A stretch of DNA of 64,000 nt, taken from the IMG/VR virus record IMGVR_UViG_3300012346_000137, positions 48,731-112,730 of that record. One strand, 5' to 3'. A program made the translations under genes and the position numbers. Position 1 is the stretch's first letter. Each line of letters begins with the position of its first letter. Below the pieces are notes generated by a model that saw nothing but the letters and a program-made list of their open reading frames with translations, searched no databases and was not told the origin of the DNA. Of the stretch, positions 60,060 through 64,000 are shown piece by piece. The stretch is from a virus (taxonomy: Duplodnaviria; Heunggongvirae; Uroviricota; Caudoviricetes).

Positions 60060-62012
60060 ATGGATGTACTCATCTATGACATAGAGACTATGCAAGAACT
60101 ATTTCTTGTAGGACTATATATACCAGACCAAGATAAGTATTTTGAATTCGAGGTGAGTAAGAACAAGAATCAATTAGATACATTCTTCTCATTTGCTGAA
60201 GAGCACAAAGACTATTACTGGGTGGGATATAACAACTTACGCTTTGACTCTCAGGTTGTTGAGTGGGTCATGCGTAACTATGAACAGTGGCACGAGCTCA
60301 CTGCTTTAGATATAACAGCTAAGATTGCTCAGAAAGCTGCAGATGTTATTGATGATGCTAACTATGATGTCTTTCCTGAATACAGAGAAGAGAATCTATC
60401 TCTCAAGCAAATAGATTTGTTCAAGGTGAATCACTATGATAATAAGAATCGTAGAGTGAGCTTGAAGAGACTAGAGTTTGAGATGGATCTTGAGAACATT
60501 GAAGAGATGCCTATTCATCACACCAAAACATTTATGACTGATGAAGAAATTCAGCTTACTAAAGATTATTGTCGTAATGATGTTATGGCTACTTTCAATT
60601 TCTATAACATTACTACTGGAAATACTGATCATCCTTTATATAAAGGAAATAATCAGTTAGAACTAAGACAGGATATATACGATGAGTTTGGTATTCCTTG
60701 TCTAAACTATTCTGATAGTAAGATTGGTGATGAGATGATCAAGAAGTATTACTGTGAAGAGAAGAAGATTGATTACAAAGAGCTACCAAGAAAAGGATTC
60801 TTTAGAAAGGTGGTGCATGTAAAAGATTGTATTGCTCCTTACATAGACTTCAGAACATTCAAGCTAAAAGAGTTCTTCATAAAGGTGAGAAGAGAGACAT
60901 TAACACAAAAGGACGATTTCAAAGAATCAATTGAATTTTATGGCAACATCTACACATTTGCAAAAGGTGGGCTTCATACAGAAAATAAACCAAAGATATT
61001 TGAAGCTGATGATGATAATATTATTGTTGATTGGGACGTATCTAGCTACTATCCTGCTATTATTATTAATAATGGTAGATATCCTAAGCACTTGGGTCCT
61101 GAGTTTCTGCGTGGCTATAAAACTATGTTCGACAAGAGATTGGAACTCAAGCCCTTGGCTAAGAAAGATAGAAAGATTAAAGGAATTGTTGGGGCACTCA
61201 AGCTCGCAGTTAACTCTGTATATGGTAAATCTAGTGACATGCAGTCTTGGATCTATGACAGACAGCTCACAATGTTCACAACCCTCACAGGAGAATTAAG
61301 CTTACTTATGCTCATTGAAGCATATGAATTGGAAGGTATACGAGTAATATCAGCTAATACAGATGGTGTTACAATCATGCTAGATAAGTCACTAGTTGAC
61401 AAAATGCATGAGATTAACAAATGGTGGATGGAATTAACCAGCTATGAGTTAGAACGTACTGACTATTCTAAGATTATATTCTCTACAGTAAATGACTATT
61501 TAGCAATTAAAACAGATGGTGAAATTAAAAAGAAAGGTGACTTCCTTACTGATTTCGAGCTTCATAAGAATAAGTCAGCTCGTATTGTCCCTATTGCTCT
61601 CGAGCATTACTTTGTTAACAATACTCCTGTGCATACCACTATTACCAATCATACGAATCTATACGATTTTTGTCTCAGACAAAAAGCAAGCAAAGACTTC
61701 CACTATGAAGGAATAGCTGATGGTAAGACCACAGTGTATAACAAACTTATTAGGTATTATGTAAGCAACACAGGTGAAAAACTATTAAAGGTCAAGAATC
61801 CTGATTGCGACACCAATGCTGCAGATGTATCACAAGTTGAAGCAGGTGAATGGGTAATGACAGTTTGTAACTATCTACCCAAAGACTCTTCTACAGCTAA
61901 TGTAAACCACGCTTACTATATAGAGAAAGCAGAGAACATTATACACAAGATACAACTAGAAGGCAAGAAAAGAAAGATAGTAGTTAACCCTAATCAAACA
62001 AGTTTATTCTAA
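60060..62012 (+). CDS. polB: family B DNA polymerase, compact phi29-like type (650 aa)
   Basis: Exo I motif YDIET, and Exo III-like YCRNDVMA. Pol motif A DVSSYYPAII, motif B KLAVNSVYGK (Kx3NSxYG) and motif C SANTDGV, all in canonical order. Confidence 0.75.
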   Translation: MDVLIYDIETMQELFLVGLYIPDQDKYFEFEVSKNKNQLDTFFSFAEEHKDYYWVGYNNLRFDSQVVEWVMRNYEQWHELTALDITAKIAQKAADVIDDANYDVFPEYREENLSLKQIDLFKVNHYDNKNRRVSLKRLEFEMDLENIEEMPIHHTKTFMTDEEIQLTKDYCRNDVMATFNFYNITTGNTDHPLYKGNNQLELRQDIYDEFGIPCLNYSDSKIGDEMIKKYYCEEKKIDYKELPRKGFFRKVVHVKDCIAPYIDFRTFKLKEFFIKVRRETLTQKDDFKESIEFYGNIYTFAKGGLHTENKPKIFEADDDNIIVDWDVSSYYPAIIINNGRYPKHLGPEFLRGYKTMFDKRLELKPLAKKDRKIKGIVGALKLAVNSVYGKSSDMQSWIYDRQLTMFTTLTGELSLLMLIEAYELEGIRVISANTDGVTIMLDKSLVDKMHEINKWWMELTSYELERTDYSKIIFSTVNDYLAIKTDGEIKKKGDFLTDFELHKNKSARIVPIALEHYFVNNTPVHTTITNHTNLYDFCLRQKASKDFHYEGIADGKTTVYNKLIRYYVSNTGEKLLKVKNPDCDTNAADVSQVEAGEWVMTVCNYLPKDSSTANVNHAYYIEKAENIIHKIQLEGKKRKIVVNPNQTSLF

Positions 62013-62189
62013 TGGGAAAGTCACAATTTAAAATAGCTGCAGATCTTGTAGTAGAAGACTGCCAAGCTAATGGACATGTTTATCCAACTGCATCAGATTA
62101 CTATTGGGCTTACAAGAAGTTCTTTGAAGCTTGTAGTGCTACATTTGATATAAACAAATTCAATGACTATATAATTAAAAGAATCTAAC

Positions 62190-62408
62190 ATGGCAAATGT
62201 AAGAAAAGCTCCTAAGGTAGCAAAAGATGATAAAAAATATATAGTGTTATGTAAAAATGAAACATGGGTTGTAGGTACAAAGCAGGATATTATTAATGAC
62301 TTTAATGAAGATCCTGAATTGTACATAGATAACTATGATGACATTAATGTATATGAATTAAGTAAACCTATTCCATTTAGTGTTACAACACCTAAAATAG
62401 TATTATAA
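62190..62408 (+). CDS. hypothetical protein (72 aa)
   Basis: ORF. Confidence 0.4.
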   Translation: MANVRKAPKVAKDDKKYIVLCKNETWVVGTKQDIINDFNEDPELYIDNYDDINVYELSKPIPFSVTTPKIVL

Positions 62409-62719
62409 TGGAAAAAGTAACAAGAGAAAACTTAGCAGAACATTTATTAAAATACCAACTAGAGATGGTTGGTAAGAACTTCGATGATGCTATGAGCACA
62501 GAGAACTGGTATACGTTATGGACCATGACAACAGAAGAACATGAAGCATTCAAACGTTATGCTATTCCATTGATTAAAAAGACATTGAAATGTAACAAAG
62601 GTAAAGCAGAGAGCACATTTGCATTCTTTGACTTACAGTTTGGCTTAAGAGTATCAGACAAGAAGTTTGGTAAGCTTACATTATGGCAAAAATTTATTAA
62701 CCTATTTAAATTTAAATAA
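62408..62719 (+). CDS. hypothetical protein (103 aa)
   Basis: ORF with ATGG overlap to the upstream gene. Confidence 0.45.
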   Translation: MEKVTRENLAEHLLKYQLEMVGKNFDDAMSTENWYTLWTMTTEEHEAFKRYAIPLIKKTLKCNKGKAESTFAFFDLQFGLRVSDKKFGKLTLWQKFINLFKFK

Positions 62720-62720
62720 C

Positions 62721-63278
62721 ATGGGAGCGTGTCAATTTAAAACAAGAAGTTATGGTAAAACAGCAGATGAAGCATATAGAAACGCTTGTAATGATGCAGA
62801 AGAAGAATATGGTCATCAAGATGGCTACAATGGTACAATTAGTACTACACATGGATTTAGAGATGAAACAGAAGCATATAAGAAAAGTAAGTTCACTGAT
62901 GTATCTGCTTACATATATAATAGATTTGAAAGTATGGGCAAACGTGATTGTTCAGCTATATGCGTTGTACAACCTGTTGCTAATAAGAACAAGACTAAGT
63001 CTCAAGTGGAGCACATCGTAACACCTGGTACAAAGAAGTGGGTACTTACTTATGAAGTTGAGACATATTTTGATGGTAAAGTTATAGCAGCAGCAGGAAC
63101 TAAAACTGAAGCTGTTAACAAAGCCAGAGCTTATACAGAGAAACATCAAGTACAAACTAGAATAGTAATGAGAAAACTATTACTTGGTTGTAGTTCAACT
63201 GTAGCTAAAATAACATACAAGAAAGCTCCTAATGAAAGAGATGGTGAGTGGATATTCTTTGGTTATGCAGCAGAATAG
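62721..63278 (+). CDS. hypothetical protein (185 aa from ATG 62721; track ORF 62667..63278)
   Basis: The ATG two nt after the upstream stop (MGACQF...) avoids a 53-nt overlap. Confidence 0.45.
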   Translation: MGACQFKTRSYGKTADEAYRNACNDAEEEYGHQDGYNGTISTTHGFRDETEAYKKSKFTDVSAYIYNRFESMGKRDCSAICVVQPVANKNKTKSQVEHIVTPGTKKWVLTYEVETYFDGKVIAAAGTKTEAVNKARAYTEKHQVQTRIVMRKLLLGCSSTVAKITYKKAPNERDGEWIFFGYAAE

Positions 63279-63453
63279 ATACGTAAATATACGTAAATAT
63301 ACGATAAAATATCTGAATATGATTAGTCTATTAGAATGGATAACAGAAAATGGTTATGTACAATATAAAGATGAAAAGTGGTACAAACCTTCAGAACATC
63401 CTAGAGTGTTCTTAAAACATGAAGAATTAATAGCATTATATGAAACTAGGTAA
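63232..63453 (+). CDS. hypothetical protein (73 aa as in track; 44 aa if started at ATG 63319)
   Basis: The extended N-terminus would translate across the tandem repeat and overlap the upstream gene, so the short form is favoured. Confidence 0.3.
   Translation: MKEMVSGYSLVMQQNRYVNIRKYTIKYLNMISLLEWITENGYVQYKDEKWYKPSEHPRVFLKHEELIALYETR
63279..63310. repeat. tandem 10-bp repeat (ATACGTAAAT)x2 + ATACGATAAAAT
   Basis: Direct tandem repeat in the intergenic stretch, immediately 5' of the ATG at 63319. Confidence 0.6.
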
Positions 63454-63661
63454 ACGTTGCACACAGTGTGGACGTTGGTATCCACTATTTATGTTTAAGA
63501 AAGACATTAGAAAGTTTCAGCTCAAGATAGCTCTAGGCAGGGTGAGAAGATGTAGAATATGCATCTTCAAAGAACCTGAGCCTGTAGTTAGGTGGGTTGA
63601 TAACGATTTCAAAATGGTCCATAGAACATTGAAAGACAAAATTAAAGAACTATTTAAATAA
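63440..63661 (+). CDS. zinc-ribbon protein (73 aa)
   Basis: CTQCG...CRIC pairs of CxxC. Confidence 0.4.
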   Translation: MKLGKRCTQCGRWYPLFMFKKDIRKFQLKIALGRVRRCRICIFKEPEPVVRWVDNDFKMVHRTLKDKIKELFK

Positions 63662-63667
63662 CAATTT

Positions 63668-64000
63668 ATGCAAAAAGAGTTCATCCCTTATGAATTACAA
63701 AAAGAATTATACGAATTAGGATATAATGACAAAACAATTGGAGTAATTGTATATAAAAAGACAGGAGTAAATGAGTTTTCATTTGTATCAAAAGACCACC
63801 CTACAGAATGGATGTCAGGGATACTCTACCAACAAGCATTTAGATGGTTTAGAGAGAAGTATAAATTCTTTATTTCAATACATCCTATTGTAGTATCAAC
63901 AGGAGGTAAAGATAGTTTTAGGTGGAGATGGGCTGCTATGACAATTACAACAGTTTTAGATGAAATTGTAGATATTGAAGATGAAAGTGATTTAGGCTTT
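63668..64000 (+). CDS. hypothetical protein, 3'-truncated at window edge (>=111 aa)
   Basis: ATG at 63668 (MQKEFIPYELQKELYELGYND...). The frame is open to the end of the window. Confidence 0.45.
   Translation, partial: MQKEFIPYELQKELYELGYNDKTIGVIVYKKTGVNEFSFVSKDHPTEWMSGILYQQAFRWFREKYKFFISIHPIVVSTGGKDSFRWRWAAMTITTVLDEIVDIEDESDLGF

Noticed and set aside
1-64000. Stop-codon reassignment (TAG or TGA recoding) common in crAss-like late genes
   Set aside because: All late genes, including the 12.5-kb ORF, are uninterrupted in the standard code. No in-frame TAG or TGA clusters were needed to explain the gene structure.
1-64000. CRISPR array, integrase or attachment site, diversity-generating retroelement
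   Set aside because: No regularly spaced direct repeats. No ORF with reverse-transcriptase (YxDD) or tyrosine/serine-recombinase signatures was found. The 63279-63310 repeat is only 2.5 units.

Overview
Inferred from gene architecture alone (no database search was possible): this window is most of the genome of a crAss-like (Crassvirales) phage of Bacteroidota. It is AT-rich with Bacteroides-style start contexts lacking Shine-Dalgarno sequences, and it reads cleanly in the standard genetic code, so there is no sign of stop-codon reassignment.

- **Late/structural region (50.7 kb down to 1, minus strand).** One gap-free operon runs in this order:
  - a short run of small DNA-binding proteins: a LuxR/GerE-like helix-turn-helix (HTH) protein, an HU/IHF-like protein and a zinc-finger protein;
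  - the large terminase subunit, the portal, a scaffold-like acidic protein and the major capsid protein;
  - a tail/fibre module, including a DUF285/BspA-type 26-residue-repeat fibre, a 1649-aa Ser/Thr-linker fibre and a calcineurin-like metallophosphoesterase;
  - three giant virion 'cargo' proteins of 1361, 4176 and more than 1571 aa. The 4176-aa protein carries a DFDID motif that may be the metal-binding loop of a virion RNA polymerase, and a HExxH zincin motif.
- **Early region (51.5 kb to the end, plus strand).** A divergent ~800-bp control region at 50.7-51.5 kb contains two copies of a 14-16 bp palindrome and a GC-rich multi-hairpin element. Downstream lie:
  - about 25 small early genes;
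  - a non-canonical 116-nt tRNA-like element;
  - a complete phage-encoded tmRNA (ssrA) with the G3:U70 alanine identity pair, next to an HNH endonuclease;
  - a phi29-like family B DNA polymerase.

The most interesting items are the phage tmRNA with its unusual ...ELEIAA tag, the tRNA-like RNA whose anticodon region carries a ~50-nt insertion, the RNAP-like and zincin motifs in the giant protein, and the operator-like palindromes and GC hairpin array in the control region. Also notable are the duplicated fibre N-terminal 'anchor' domain, a highly acidic early protein that could be a DNA mimic, and a metallophosphoesterase embedded in the tail module.
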